Below are positions 1 to 10,834 of a stretch of 64,000 nt of DNA, piece by piece. Position numbers and translations under genes: made by a program. The notes below the pieces were generated by a model. That model saw only the letters and a program-made list of their open reading frames with translations. It was not told the DNA's origin and did no database searches. The stretch comes from Patescibacteria group bacterium (GTDB lineage: Bacteria > Patescibacteriota > Patescibacteriia > 2-12-FULL-57-11), in NCBI GenBank assembly GCA_038054875.1, contig JBBUJK010000029.1:7442-71441 (forward strand). Direction: 5' to 3'. Numbering within the stretch: position 1 is the stretch's first letter; each line of letters opens with the position of its first letter.

Positions 1-539
1 GCGGTCTTTCCGCGAACATCGTGACGCTCTCCCACGAACATCTTTCGCACGCCGCGGCCGAACTCGTTGGTGGCGAACCGTTCGTCATCCGCGGGCCTGG
101 GGAGTACGAAGTGAAGGATGTCTTCGTGTATGGCATTCCGTCCGGTCATGGCGTTCCCAAGGGAAAGAAGGAAGGACCGAACACCATCTATCGTTTTGAG
201 ATCGGCGACTTGTCCGTTGCGCATCTGGGCGACATCGGGCATCCGCTCACGGATACGGAGCTCGAGCAGCTGGAGGACATCGACGTGCTGCTTGTGCCGG
301 TCGGCGGGCAAGGACCGACTATTGGTGCCGATGAGGCCGTGAAGATCGTGAATCGTCTGGCACCGCGCATCGTCATCCCCATGCACTACGCCGACCCGGA
401 CATCAATATGAAACTGGATTCCGCTGACAAATTTTTCCGCGAAGTCGGCGGCACCGCCGAGAAGGTCGAGAAGTTGAAGATTTCCCGCAAAGACCTGCCG
501 CAGGACAGCACGACGTTTTACCAGTTCATCCGCAGCTGA
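1..539 (+). CDS. MBL-fold metallo-hydrolase, 5'-truncated by the window edge
   Basis: Motifs GPGEYEV, HLGDIG, DVLLVPVGG and IVIPMHY. Confidence 0.85.
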   Translation, partial: GLSANIVTLSHEHLSHAAAELVGGEPFVIRGPGEYEVKDVFVYGIPSGHGVPKGKKEGPNTIYRFEIGDLSVAHLGDIGHPLTDTELEQLEDIDVLLVPVGGQGPTIGADEAVKIVNRLAPRIVIPMHYADPDINMKLDSADKFFREVGGTAEKVEKLKISRKDLPQDSTTFYQFIRS

Positions 540-540
540 T

Positions 541-1074
541 ATGGCATCTCCCCGCAGCACAAAAGCCGCCGCGGACCGGGACCTTTCCGCCTTCGTGGGG
601 GAGCAGGTTTCCGGAGACGAGCGCGCCCGCCACGAACGCGAGCCGCTGGGTTTTGAGGACCAGATGCCGAGTCCGATCGGTTCGGTGCCGGAAGAGCATA
701 TGGGATACGGCGGCCTGCCCACGCATGAAGGGTATGATGTTGATCCGGACACGCACTTCCGTCGCGTGCGCAACATCATCGTCGCTTCCATTGTTCTCAC
801 TGTATTCGTGGGTGGGGCATGGGTGTTTGCCGTCGGATCACACATTGTGCCGAGCGGCGACCCGGGCCAGACGTCCGTTGCCGCCGATGAAGCGCGCGCC
901 CTGTTCGACTCGCAGTTCCGCGACATTTCGGCGCGGCTGAGCGCGCTGACCGGCGCCACCTCAACGCCGAACGCAGCCGCGACCGCCTCACTCAACACCG
1001 CACTGAACGCCATGCGCGACCGTTTGACCACCGCCGTGACCGCGACAAGCTCCGTTACTTCCACCCCCCGCTGA
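541..1074 (+). CDS. Hypothetical single-pass membrane protein
   Basis: Tightly packed ORF with one hydrophobic segment ([20 protein letters not shown]). Confidence 0.65.
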   Translation: MASPRSTKAAADRDLSAFVGEQVSGDERARHEREPLGFEDQMPSPIGSVPEEHMGYGGLPTHEGYDVDPDTHFRRVRNIIVASIVLTVFVGGAWVFAVGSHIVPSGDPGQTSVAADEARALFDSQFRDISARLSALTGATSTPNAAATASLNTALNAMRDRLTTAVTATSSVTSTPR

Positions 1075-1081
1075 TCCTGCT

Positions 1082-3568
1082 ATGGCAAAGAAGCTGTCCC
1101 CGAAAGAAATTCCCATTCCCGCCGGTACCGACATCGGCAAGATCGAAGCGCGCGCCATCGTCGACGAAATGCAGACGAGCTATCTCGATTACGCCATGAG
1201 CGTAATCGTGCAGCGTGCGTTGCCGGACATCCGCGACGGTCTGAAGCCGGTGCAGCGCCGCATTCTGTACGCGATGTGGACGATGGGGTTGCGCGCCAAC
1301 GCCAAGTTCCGCAAGTCCGCGACCGTGGTCGGTGAAGTGCTCGGCAAATACCACCCGCACGGCGACCAGTCGGTGTACGACGCCATGGTGCGCATGGCGC
1401 AGGATTTCTCCGAGCGCTATCCGCGCATCCGCGGCCAGGGCAACTTCGGTTCCATGGACGGCGACAGCGCCGCGGCCATGCGGTATACCGAAGTCAAACT
1501 CGCCGGCGTTGCCGAAGAACTGCTCTTCGACATTGACAAGGACACTGTTGAATTCGCGCCCAACTACGACGCCTCCCACAAGGAACCGGTGGTGCTGCCC
1601 GCGAAAATTCCCGGTCTGCTGTTGAACGGCACGGTCGGCATCGCGGTCGGCATGGCCACGAACATCCCGCCGCACAACCTGCGCGAGATCTGCGACGGCG
1701 TCATGCTGCTCTTGGACAACCCGGACGCCTCCATTTCCGATCTCTGCAAAATCGTGAAGGGTCCGGACTTTCCGACGGGCGGCATCATCTACGGCACCAA
1801 GGACATCGCCGCCGCCTACGCCACCGGCCGCGGTTCCATTGTCATGCGCGGCAAGACGGAAATCGTCGAGGACGACAATACCGCCAAAATTTTCATCACC
1901 GAGGTGCCGTTCCAGGTGAACAAGGCGACCCTGATCGAGCGGATTGCTGACTTGGTGCGCGACAAGGAGTTGGAAGGCATCAAGGACCTGCGCGACGAAT
2001 CCAACAAGGATGGCGTGCGCATCGTGATCGAACTCAAACGCGACGCCTATCCGAAGAAGGTGTTGAACAAGCTGTTCCTGTCCACGGATTTGCAGACCAG
2101 CTTTCACGTAAACATGCTGGCGCTTATCGATGGACTCCAGCCACGCGTGCTCAATTTGAAGAGCATGCTCGAGGAGTTCGTGAAGCATCGCGAAACAGTG
2201 ATCCGCCGTCGCGCCACGTTCGAGCTGGCTCGAGCCCGCGACCGCGCCCACATCCTCGAAGGGTTGAAGATGGCGCTCCTGCACATCGACAAGATCATCG
2301 AGACTATCCGGAAGTCGGCGGACAAGGACGAGGCCAAGGTGAACCTCATCAAGAAATTCAAACTGACCGAACCGCAGACCTTGGCTATTCTCGAGATGAA
2401 GCTCTCCGCGCTCGCCAACCTCGAGCGTCTGCGCGTCGAGACCGAACTCAAGGAGAAGCTCGCCATCGTCAAAGAACTCGAAGCGCTCTTGTCCTCTGCA
2501 AAGAAGATTCGCGCCGTTATCAAACAGGAGACCGCCGAGATCCGGGTAAAATACGGCGACGACCGCAAGACGGACATCGTCGTCCACGGCGTGAAGGAAT
2601 TCTCGGTCGAGGATATCATCCCGAATGAACCGACCATCGTCATGATCACGCATGACGGGTATGTGAAGCGCGTGCCGCCGGACACCTTCAAGACGCAGGC
2701 GCGCGGCGGCAAGGGCGTGATCGGCGTCACCACGAAGGAAGAAGACGTGGTCCAGCACCTCTTCACCACGAACACGCATGCGGACATGTTGTTCTTCACC
2801 TCGCGCGGCCGCGTCTTTGGGATGAAGGCCTATGACGTGCCGCCAGGGTCGCGCACCTCGAAAGGCCAGGCGCTCGTGAACTTCCTCCAACTCTCTGCCG
2901 GGGAAAAAGTTTCGGCCGTCTTGAGCATCCCCGACATTGCCGAACAGAAGCACCTCGTCATGGTCACGAAGAACGGCAACATCAAAAAGACGGCCATCGA
3001 GGAATTCAAGAATCTGCGCGCGAACGGGTTGATCGCCATCAAGCTCAGGGACGAGGACATTCTGGAATGGGTGCGTCCCTCGACCGGTGCGGATGATGTG
3101 ATCCTTGTCACTGCGCAGGGGCAAAGCATCCGCTTCGCCGAAAAGAGCGTGCGCCCGATGGGCCGCGCCGCCGCCGGAGTGCGTGGCATCAAACTTAAGA
3201 AGAAGGGCGATCGCGTCATCGGCATGGACATCGTGGACCCCGAAATGGTCAAGAAAAATATGCTGGAGCTCTTCGTCATCGCCGAAAACGGCATGGGCAA
3301 GCGCACCAACCTCAAGGAGTACAAGCTTCAAGGTCGCGGCGGCTCTGGCATCAAGACCATGCACATCAGCGCCAAGACCGGCGAAGCAGTCGGCGCCTAC
3401 GTTTCCGCTTCCTCGGACGAACGCGATCTGATCGTCGTCTCCAAGAACGGCCAGGTCATCCGCCTGCCGTTCGGCTCGGTCTCCAAACTCGGCCGTGACA
3501 CGCAGGGCGTGCGCCTCATGCGCTTCAAAGAACAGAGCGACGTGGTGGCCACAGTCACCTTCATCTAG
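1082..3568 (+). CDS. gyrA: DNA gyrase subunit A
   Basis: [30 protein letters not shown], GyrA box QARGGKG and beta-pinwheel repeats. Confidence 0.98.
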   Translation: MAKKLSPKEIPIPAGTDIGKIEARAIVDEMQTSYLDYAMSVIVQRALPDIRDGLKPVQRRILYAMWTMGLRANAKFRKSATVVGEVLGKYHPHGDQSVYDAMVRMAQDFSERYPRIRGQGNFGSMDGDSAAAMRYTEVKLAGVAEELLFDIDKDTVEFAPNYDASHKEPVVLPAKIPGLLLNGTVGIAVGMATNIPPHNLREICDGVMLLLDNPDASISDLCKIVKGPDFPTGGIIYGTKDIAAAYATGRGSIVMRGKTEIVEDDNTAKIFITEVPFQVNKATLIERIADLVRDKELEGIKDLRDESNKDGVRIVIELKRDAYPKKVLNKLFLSTDLQTSFHVNMLALIDGLQPRVLNLKSMLEEFVKHRETVIRRRATFELARARDRAHILEGLKMALLHIDKIIETIRKSADKDEAKVNLIKKFKLTEPQTLAILEMKLSALANLERLRVETELKEKLAIVKELEALLSSAKKIRAVIKQETAEIRVKYGDDRKTDIVVHGVKEFSVEDIIPNEPTIVMITHDGYVKRVPPDTFKTQARGGKGVIGVTTKEEDVVQHLFTTNTHADMLFFTSRGRVFGMKAYDVPPGSRTSKGQALVNFLQLSAGEKVSAVLSIPDIAEQKHLVMVTKNGNIKKTAIEEFKNLRANGLIAIKLRDEDILEWVRPSTGADDVILVTAQGQSIRFAEKSVRPMGRAAAGVRGIKLKKKGDRVIGMDIVDPEMVKKNMLELFVIAENGMGKRTNLKEYKLQGRGGSGIKTMHISAKTGEAVGAYVSASSDERDLIVVSKNGQVIRLPFGSVSKLGRDTQGVRLMRFKEQSDVVATVTFI

Positions 3569-3670
3569 TAAAAGAACGACGCCGCTCCCTCGGGGGCGGC
3601 GTTCTGCGTTCAGGGAGGGGGACTTGCCAGTTCCGTCACACCCGGCTATAATGGCCGGGAACTGATACCT

Positions 3671-3952
3671 ATGGGTCTTCCTGGACATCGCCGCACATCC
3701 TCCCACAAACGCCGTCGCGCCGCGCATTTCGCGTTGAAAAAAATGATGATCGACACCTGCCCGAAGTGCAAGAAGCCGGTTCTTCCGCACATCGCCTGCC
3801 GATTCTGCGGCACGTACGCCGGCCGCCAAGTGCTTCCGGCCAAACTCGTTGAAGCCGGCAAGGCCCTGAAAAAGGCCGAGAAGGCCGCGGCCGCCAAGCA
3901 CGATCACGCCGACCACAAAGGTCACGACCATCCGCCCCAGAAAGACGAGTAA
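3671..3952 (+). CDS. rpmF: 50S ribosomal protein L32 with His-rich C-terminal extension
   Basis: CPKC...PHIACRFCGTY zinc ribbon; position before nusB. Confidence 0.93.
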   Translation: MGLPGHRRTSSHKRRRAAHFALKKMMIDTCPKCKKPVLPHIACRFCGTYAGRQVLPAKLVEAGKALKKAEKAAAAKHDHADHKGHDHPPQKDE

Positions 3953-4018
3953 CCCTCGTCTTTCGGTTTTTTCGCTCTTTCGTTCCTTTCGTCCAGCTGA
4001 GCTGGACACCAACAATGT

Positions 4019-4489
4019 ATGAGCAATCGGCACCTCGCGCGAACGATCGCCATGCAGGTCCTCTACCAATGGGACTTCAACGGGCAGAAGCCCGATGACG
4101 TCCCGGGCGTTTTGTCGTATCAGATCAAAGAGTTCGCGCCGGAGTTCAATGACAAGGGCTTTATCCAAGAACTCCTGGACGGCGTCCTTCAGCACCAAAA
4201 GGAAATCGACGAGACCATCATCACGTACGCGCCGGAGTGGCCGCTCGAAGCCATTACCCTCGTCGACAAGAACATCTTACGACTCGGTATTTCGGAGCTT
4301 CTGTATTCGGAGACCATCCCTTCCAAGGTGGCCATCAACGAGGCCATTGAGCTGGCCAAAACCTTCGGCGGCGAATCGTCCGGTCGATTCGTGAACGGCG
4401 TGCTCGGCGCGATATATCGGGATCGTGTCTCTGCCGGCCAATTGAAGAAGGTGGATCTCGAGCCGTCTAAGCCTCCAACCCATGAGTGA
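4019..4489 (+). CDS. nusB: Transcription antitermination factor NusB
   Basis: [32 protein letters not shown]. Confidence 0.97.
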   Translation: MSNRHLARTIAMQVLYQWDFNGQKPDDVPGVLSYQIKEFAPEFNDKGFIQELLDGVLQHQKEIDETIITYAPEWPLEAITLVDKNILRLGISELLYSETIPSKVAINEAIELAKTFGGESSGRFVNGVLGAIYRDRVSAGQLKKVDLEPSKPPTHE

Positions 4490-5171
4490 CCTTTCCGTGC
4501 TGGAAGCGCGCCTCGGCGTGCATTTCAAGAATCAGGAGAACTTGCGCCAGGCATTGGTGCATCGCTCCTATCTGAATGAACATCCGGAGTTTCCGCTTGG
4601 TCACAACGAGCGGCTGGAGTTTTTGGGTGACGCCGTGCTCGAGCTTGTTGTCACGGAATTTTTATATCGGACCTACCCGAACCCGGAAGGCGAACTCACC
4701 AACTGGCGCGCGGCGCTCGTAAATGCGGTGATGCTTGCTGAGGTGACCGGTGAACTCGAGGTCGAAGAACATCTCTATCTTTCGCGCGGTGAATCCAAAG
4801 ATGCCGGCAGCAAGGCGCGCCAGTACATTTTGGCAAACGCGTTTGAAGCGATCGTTGGCGCGTTGTATCTCGATCAGGGCATGGAAGCCTGCCGCGGGTT
4901 CATCGACGCCAAGCTTCTCACGCGTCTGCCCTACATTTTGGAACATCAACTCTATCTCGATCCCAAGAGTCGTTTTCAGGAGGCGGCGCAGGAGCAACTC
5001 GGCATTACCCCGAATTACAAAGTGCTCGAAGAGTCAGGCCCGGATCATGCGAGACACTTTATCGTCGGCATTTTTCTAGGCGATCAACTTGTGGCCAAGG
5101 GTGAAGGCACAAGCAAGCAGGAAGCGCAGGTCGCTGCTGCAGAAAAGGCCATCGGCGTGAAGGGTTGGTAA
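4482..5171 (+). CDS. rnc: Ribonuclease III
   Basis: [12 protein letters not shown] signature and C-terminal dsRBD. Confidence 0.98.
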   Translation: MSDLSVLEARLGVHFKNQENLRQALVHRSYLNEHPEFPLGHNERLEFLGDAVLELVVTEFLYRTYPNPEGELTNWRAALVNAVMLAEVTGELEVEEHLYLSRGESKDAGSKARQYILANAFEAIVGALYLDQGMEACRGFIDAKLLTRLPYILEHQLYLDPKSRFQEAAQEQLGITPNYKVLEESGPDHARHFIVGIFLGDQLVAKGEGTSKQEAQVAAAEKAIGVKGW

Positions 5172-5192
5172 ACGTGATAGAATAAGGAGGAT

Positions 5193-6254
5193 ATGTCTGC
5201 ACCTGCCGTCAACAAAGTCATGGACGCGTTGTTTTCCGCGGCCGTGGCTGCCAAAGCCTCGGACTTGCATCTTGTTGTCGGTCGGCCGCCGACGTTGCGC
5301 ATCGATGGCGCGCTCGTGCCGGTCAAAGGCGGGCTGCCGCTCACGACAAAGCAGGTGAGTGAACTCGTGTATAGCGTGCTCACCAAGGAGCAGATCGCGC
5401 GGTTCGAAAAAGACTTAGAACTCGACGCTGCCTATACCACGGGCGGAGCGCGCTTCCGCATCAACGTCCATCAGGAAAAGAACAACGTCGGCTTGGCCGC
5501 GCGTCTCGTGCCGGTCAAAATTCCGAGCATCGCCGACCTGGCGCTGCCGCAAGCCGTCGCCGATCTCACCACGCTGCCCCACGGGCTCATTCTTGTGACC
5601 GGCCCCACGGGCTGCGGAAAATCAACGACGCTCGCCACCCTCTTGAACCTCATCAATGATCGCACCGCGGCGAACATCATCACGCTGGAGGATCCCATCG
5701 AGTTCCTCTTCCCGCAAGGCAAGGCGCTCATCCGCCAGCGCCAGCTCGGCGAGGACATGCGCACCTTCGCCGATGGTTTGAAGCATCTGCTGCGCCAGGA
5801 CCCGGACATCATCATGGTCGGTGAAATGCGGGACCTGGAGACGATCGCGACGACGCTCACCCTCGCCGAAACCGGCCACCTCGTCTTCGCCACGCTGCAC
5901 ACCTACAGCGCATCGACGACGATCGAGCGCATCATCGACGCATTTCCGCCATACCAGCAGAACCAAATTCGCGTGCAGCTCGCCTCGGTGCTGCGTGCCG
6001 TCGTCACCCAGCAGCTTCTGCCCAAGCGCGGCAGCGGTCGCATTGCGGTGCGCGAAGTGATGTTTAATGTCTCCGCCGTTTCAAACTTGATTCGTGAAGG
6101 AAAATCCGCGCAGATGGAGACGGTGCTCCAGACTTCCAGCAAGTACGGGATGTACACGTTGGCGCAGGATGCCAAGCGCCTCGTGGCCGAAGGACTCATC
6201 GACGCCAAAGACGCGCAGACACTCGTCATCCGCCCCCGCGAGCGCATCGTGTAA
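5193..6254 (+). CDS. pilT: Type IV pilus retraction ATPase, PilT/PilU family
   Basis: ASDLHL, GPTGCGKSTT, EDPIE, LRQDPDIIMVGEMRD, AETGHLVFATLH. Confidence 0.93.
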   Translation: MSAPAVNKVMDALFSAAVAAKASDLHLVVGRPPTLRIDGALVPVKGGLPLTTKQVSELVYSVLTKEQIARFEKDLELDAAYTTGGARFRINVHQEKNNVGLAARLVPVKIPSIADLALPQAVADLTTLPHGLILVTGPTGCGKSTTLATLLNLINDRTAANIITLEDPIEFLFPQGKALIRQRQLGEDMRTFADGLKHLLRQDPDIIMVGEMRDLETIATTLTLAETGHLVFATLHTYSASTTIERIIDAFPPYQQNQIRVQLASVLRAVVTQQLLPKRGSGRIAVREVMFNVSAVSNLIREGKSAQMETVLQTSSKYGMYTLAQDAKRLVAEGLIDAKDAQTLVIRPRERIV

Positions 6255-6293
6255 ACAAAAACCGCTCCGCCGATGGCGGGGCGGTTTTTGTTT
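6253..6293. terminator. Bidirectional intrinsic terminator
   Basis: AAACAAAAACCGC...GCGGTTTTTGTTT inverted repeat between convergent genes. Confidence 0.85.
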
Positions 6294-6295
6294 GT

Positions 6296-6946
6296 TTAGG
6301 ATTTCAGCCGGTAGTACTTGAGGCCGACGCCGGAAATCGAGGCCGAAACCTTTTCGAACTTCAGCGTGGAGTCGGTGATCTTGGCGTATGCGCCTTCCGT
6401 CAGCAGCACTTCGCCCTTTTCCGCGATGTCCTCGCCGAGCTTCGATGCCAGGTTCAGTTCGTTGCCGAAGAAATCCTCGTTCGGCATGAGCAGGATGTCG
6501 CCGTAGCCGATGCCGATCGACACGTAGATGTCCTTCTCGTCCGGCAGCACGGTGTTCAGCGCGTTCAAGCCGCGCACCACGTCCTGGGCGGCGTGCACCG
6601 CGTCCGTCGGGTCGGCGAAGACCGCAAAGATGTTGTCGGCTTCCTGTTTCACGAGCTCGCCGCGGTTGTCCTTGATCGCCGGCATGGCGACGTTCACCAT
6701 GCGGCGGATCATGGCCAGGTAGTGGACGATGCCGTACTTGATGACGGTCCGCGAAAAGCCGGACATGTCCAGGATGAACGGCGCGCGTTCGCACTCGAAC
6801 GTCTCACGGATCTTGCGGTCGATTTCCGCTTCGCGCTCGGGATGTTCGTTGCGCAGGTCGAGGAGTTCCATGAGGAACTCGTGCGGATGGCGCACCACTT
6901 TGCAGGCAAGGGCTTTTTCGAGCTTGGCGGTTTTCTTGGGAGGCAT
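6296..6946 (-). CDS. Class III adenylate/guanylate cyclase domain protein
   Basis: LDMSGFS, LVKQEADN, SIGIGYG, FGNELNLASKL. Start moved to ATG 6946 because the longer ORF overlaps a tRNA. Confidence 0.85.
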   Translation of the reverse strand: MPPKKTAKLEKALACKVVRHPHEFLMELLDLRNEHPEREAEIDRKIRETFECERAPFILDMSGFSRTVIKYGIVHYLAMIRRMVNVAMPAIKDNRGELVKQEADNIFAVFADPTDAVHAAQDVVRGLNALNTVLPDEKDIYVSIGIGYGDILLMPNEDFFGNELNLASKLGEDIAEKGEVLLTEGAYAKITDSTLKFEKVSASISGVGLKYYRLKS

Positions 6947-6963
6947 ATAAAAAAGTTTCTTTC

Positions 6964-7038
6964 TGGTGCGCCCTGAGAGAATCGAACTCCCATCACTGGT
7001 TCCGAAGACCAGTGCTCTATCCGTTGAGCTAAGGGCGC
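6964..7038 (-). tRNA. tRNA-Arg (TCG)
   Basis: Reverse complement folds as a cloverleaf; anticodon arm CTGGT-CT TCG GA-ACCAG; encoded CCA. Confidence 0.95.
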
Positions 7039-7143
7039 ATACTGGGGACATATTGTGCGATTTTCGCTGCTCTGGCAAGCCGGTGCGCATCTTGACGGTC
7101 ATGCTCACAACAGCCTATAATGGCGGCCGTATTGCTTTCATTC

Positions 7144-7219
7144 GCAGCGGTAGCTCAGCTGGTAGAGCAGAGGCCTCTTAAGCCTAAGGTCCTGGGTTCG
7201 AGCCCCAGCCGCTGCACCA
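7144..7219 (+). tRNA. tRNA-Lys (CTT)
   Basis: GCAGCGG/CCGCTGC acceptor stem, loop CT CTT AA, GGTTCGA, CCA. Confidence 0.95.
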
Positions 7220-7397
7220 AGAACGCGTTTCCTTCGGGAGGCGCGTTCTTTTGTTGGTCACCTTTGACAGTCGGGCTGTTTTCATGTATTTTGTTTTCTT
7301 CCTCATTGGCCTGAGGAAGAACCTGCCGACCACGGCCCGGATGAAGCAATCATGCCGAACCGGAGCACGAGCGGCGGAGACGAAAGGAAGGTGGCCA

Positions 7398-7784
7398 ATG
7401 GTGCGCATCTACATCAATGAGGCAGGACGGTCGAAGATCGCGGACGGGAAGCTCGAGGGCTTCAAGGTGCGGTTTGACAACGACGGATTTCCGTTCGTCG
7501 AATCCGGCGGAGGGATGATGATCAAGACGCCGGAGAAGCTTCAGGGCTTCATCGAGCAGATCTCTTCCGTGCACCACTTCCCGGCGGCGCCCCACCGCAC
7601 GCTCGGCGAGTACCGGAAGGGCGAAGTCCGCGTGTTCCTCGACAAGAAGGATCCGGACGGCCCCATCAGCTGCACGATGATGGGCGACTCGATCGAGGCG
7701 ATGTTCGAGCTCTACACCGCGATCCGCGCGGGGTCGATCGCCCCGACGGTCAGCTGGGAGAGCGAGCAGAAGCCGGCCGCGTAG
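7398..7784 (+). CDS. Hypothetical protein (128 aa)
   Basis: SD-like AAGGAAGG before ATG, strong GC3 codon bias, upstream TTGACA near 7264. Confidence 0.7.
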   Translation: MVRIYINEAGRSKIADGKLEGFKVRFDNDGFPFVESGGGMMIKTPEKLQGFIEQISSVHHFPAAPHRTLGEYRKGEVRVFLDKKDPDGPISCTMMGDSIEAMFELYTAIRAGSIAPTVSWESEQKPAA

Positions 7785-8179
7785 CGGCACACGGGTTTGT
7801 CAGGTGTCCCTCAACACCTGGCGCGTTTTTTTATTGCGTGAGCCTTGACATCTCCGCGCATCTCTGCCGGGCGTACGCTAGAAGCATGCCGTTCAACCCG
7901 GACACTCATCGCCGGCGGTCCGACTACCTGCTCAGTTGGCTGTGGATACCAATCTCGACATGCTCGTCCGGACGCGGTATGCTCTTGGCCGCAGTTTCCA
8001 GGTGTCCGGTATCGCGAATCTGGAGGATTTCGCGGGGCAGCAGGCCCCGTTTTTCTATGGCCCGCATCATCTTCGACTACCAGGAATTCGTTCTCCCCGG
8101 CGGGGTGGCAGGGTTGACAAAACCCTCCAATTATGATAGGGTCTCGCGTTTGCTGCCTCAACCGGCCGCATCCGACCTT

Positions 8180-8698
8180 ATGCCCCATACCTGGAAATAC
8201 AATTCCATGCCTGCCGGAAAAGCAGGTATGCAGCTTCTGGCCTGCCTTGTGCTGGCCGGACTCATGGCTGATGCCACCACCAAAGCCGGAAAGGCTGAGA
8301 TGACGCTTGCCGGCGACGTCCTGGTGCGCCAGGCCTTTGCGGCTGAGGTCGCTCCGGCTCCGGCCGAGGACGTTTTGATCCCCGCGGCTGACATGGCCGG
8401 AAAGAAGATTTATAAGAACGTGCCGGTGACGGCCTACTCGTCCACGCCGGATCAGACGGACGACACCCCGTTTACGACCGCCTCGGGCACCCATGTTAGG
8501 GACGGCGTGTTCGCCGCCAACTTCCTTCCGATCGGCACGCGCGTGAAGATCCCGGAAGTGTACGGCGACAAGATCTTCATCGTTGAAGATCGCATGAACG
8601 CCCGCTATCACATCCATGGCGACATTTGGATGGAAACGCGCCAGGAGGCCAAGACCTGGGGCATCAAGTACGTGACTCTCGAGGTCTACCCCCGCTAA
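8180..8698 (+). CDS. 3D-domain putative peptidoglycan lytic protein
   Basis: VTAYSSTPDQTDDTPFTTASG, AANFLPIGT, VEDRMN, DIW. Start codon uncertain. Confidence 0.85.
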   Translation: MPHTWKYNSMPAGKAGMQLLACLVLAGLMADATTKAGKAEMTLAGDVLVRQAFAAEVAPAPAEDVLIPAADMAGKKIYKNVPVTAYSSTPDQTDDTPFTTASGTHVRDGVFAANFLPIGTRVKIPEVYGDKIFIVEDRMNARYHIHGDIWMETRQEAKTWGIKYVTLEVYPR

Positions 8699-8785
8699 TT
8701 TCAAAGGAACTCGTGTAGGGGTGCGGCAACGCACCCCTACACTTGTTTATTCCGGCATACCGGGATATAGTCGCACGGCTTTTAT

Positions 8786-10594
8786 ATGGAACGCCGCAAC
8801 GTCGCCATCATCGCCCACGTCGACCACGGCAAAACAACGCTGGTGGACGCGCTCTTGAAGCAGTCGCATACCTTTCGGAATGCCGATGCCATGGGCACCA
8901 CGATCATGGACTCGAACCCCCTCGAACGCGAGCGGGGTATTACGATTTTTGCGAAGAACGCATCCATCGTCTGGAAGGACGTGAAGATCAACATTGTCGA
9001 CACGCCGGGCCACGCCGACTTCGGCGGCGAGGTGGAGCGCATCATGAATATCGTGGACGGCTGTTTGCTTCTTGTGGACGCCAAAGAAGGGCCGATGCCG
9101 CAAACCAAGTTTGTGCTCAAAAAGGCCATCGAGGCAGGTCACAAAATTATCGTGGTCATCAACAAGGTCGACAAGAAGGACGCCCGCCCGGAATGGGTGC
9201 TCGGCAAGACCTTTGATTTGTTCGTCGATCTCGGCGCTTCGGACGACCAGGCCGACTTTCCGGTGATCTACGCCTCGGCCGTGAACGGCATCGCCGGCGA
9301 GACGCCGGATATGGCCGCCATGAAGGACATCAGCCCGGTCCTCGATTTGATCGTCGCCAAGATGCCGTCGTCGAAAGGCGATCCGAATGCACCGTTGCAG
9401 ATGTCGGTCGTGAACGTGGCCTACGACAACTACAAAGGGAAACTCGCCATCGGCCGCATCATTGCCGGCCGCATCGCCATGGGTCAGGGCGTCATGCACA
9501 TCGCGCGCGATGGCAAGCGCACCCCGGCCAAAGTGACGTCGCTCATGGCGTTCAGCGGCCTGGAGCGCCAGGAGATTCCCGCCGCCGATGCCGGGGAGAT
9601 TGTCTCCGTGGCCGGCATTGCCGACGTGCAAATCGGGGAGACGATTGCTGATCCGATTGACTCCCAGGCACTGCCGATCATCACCATCGAAGAGCCGACC
9701 GTGAAAATGAACTTCTCGGTCAACACGTCGCCTTTTGCCGGCAAGGAAGGGCAGTATTCGACTTCCCGCAACATCAAAGAGCGTCTGGAGCGCGAACTCA
9801 TGACCGACGTGGCGTTGCGTATGGGGCCTGGTCAGAGCGCCGAGACGTTCGTTGTTTCCGGCCGCGGTGAATTGCATTTGGAAATTCTGATCGAGAAGAT
9901 GCGCCGCGAAGGATATGAGTTTCAAGTCTCGCGTCCGCAGGTGATTTTCCACGAGGATGGTGGAAAAAAGTCGGAGCCGTTTGAACAGGTGTTCATCGAG
10001 TGCCCGGAGAACACCGCGGGTTCGGTCATCGAAAAAATGGGCAAGCGCAAGGGCGAGATGAAGGACATGAAGATCGATTCCGGTACGGCCATGCTCGAAT
10101 TCGACGTTCCCACGCGCGGACTCATCGGCTACCGCGCGGAATTCCTGACGGACACCAAGGGGCTTGGCATCATCAACTCGCTGTTTTTGGGCTATCGGCC
10201 CTGGATCCCCGGATTCGAGTCGCTGCCGCATGGTTCCTTGATCGCCTTCGAAGACGGCACTGCCATGGGCTATGGTCTCGCCGCCGCGCAGGAACGCGGA
10301 CAGATGTTCATTGGTCCTGGTGTTCATGTCTACCATGGCATGGTCGTCGGCCAGAACGCGAAACCTGAGGATCTGGAAGTGAACGTGGCCCGCGAGAAGC
10401 GCTTGTCGAACATGCGCTCCAAGGGCGACGGCGCCGGCATCCGCCTCGACACGCCGCGCGATATGTCGCTTGAAGATGCCCTCGAATATCTCGGTGACGA
10501 TGAGCTTCTGGAAGTGACCCCGCTTTCCCTGCGGATCCGCAAAGCAACGCTCGATCCCATCGAACGCAAGCGCACCGCGCGCATTGCAGAATAA
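8786..10594 (+). CDS. typA: Translational GTPase TypA/BipA
   Basis: [41 protein letters not shown]. Confidence 0.97.
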   Translation: MERRNVAIIAHVDHGKTTLVDALLKQSHTFRNADAMGTTIMDSNPLERERGITIFAKNASIVWKDVKINIVDTPGHADFGGEVERIMNIVDGCLLLVDAKEGPMPQTKFVLKKAIEAGHKIIVVINKVDKKDARPEWVLGKTFDLFVDLGASDDQADFPVIYASAVNGIAGETPDMAAMKDISPVLDLIVAKMPSSKGDPNAPLQMSVVNVAYDNYKGKLAIGRIIAGRIAMGQGVMHIARDGKRTPAKVTSLMAFSGLERQEIPAADAGEIVSVAGIADVQIGETIADPIDSQALPIITIEEPTVKMNFSVNTSPFAGKEGQYSTSRNIKERLERELMTDVALRMGPGQSAETFVVSGRGELHLEILIEKMRREGYEFQVSRPQVIFHEDGGKKSEPFEQVFIECPENTAGSVIEKMGKRKGEMKDMKIDSGTAMLEFDVPTRGLIGYRAEFLTDTKGLGIINSLFLGYRPWIPGFESLPHGSLIAFEDGTAMGYGLAAAQERGQMFIGPGVHVYHGMVVGQNAKPEDLEVNVAREKRLSNMRSKGDGAGIRLDTPRDMSLEDALEYLGDDELLEVTPLSLRIRKATLDPIERKRTARIAE

Positions 10595-10620
10595 GAGACC
10601 CACTCAGAGTCTTGGCCGGG

Positions 10621-10649
10621 TTGACAAAGCCCGGCTTTTCTGATAGTTT
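10621..10649 (+). promoter_or_regulatory. Sigma70-like promoter upstream of the lipoprotein array
   Basis: TTGACA-17 bp-TAGTTT followed by a ~185-nt multi-hairpin leader. Confidence 0.55.
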
Positions 10650-10834
10650 ATAGCGTTTCGTACCACGCCTGCACATGGCTCGCAGGGGTGGCGATTCTGC
10701 GATAGGGGACGGTCATTTGGACCGTTCGTCTCTCCCGAATTTTTACGAACGGCATCCACTAGGGATGGCGGGCGTAAGGCATTCGTTCGAGACAACATGA
10801 CCGGCCAGGCGGAAACCTGGAACAACGAGGCTAA

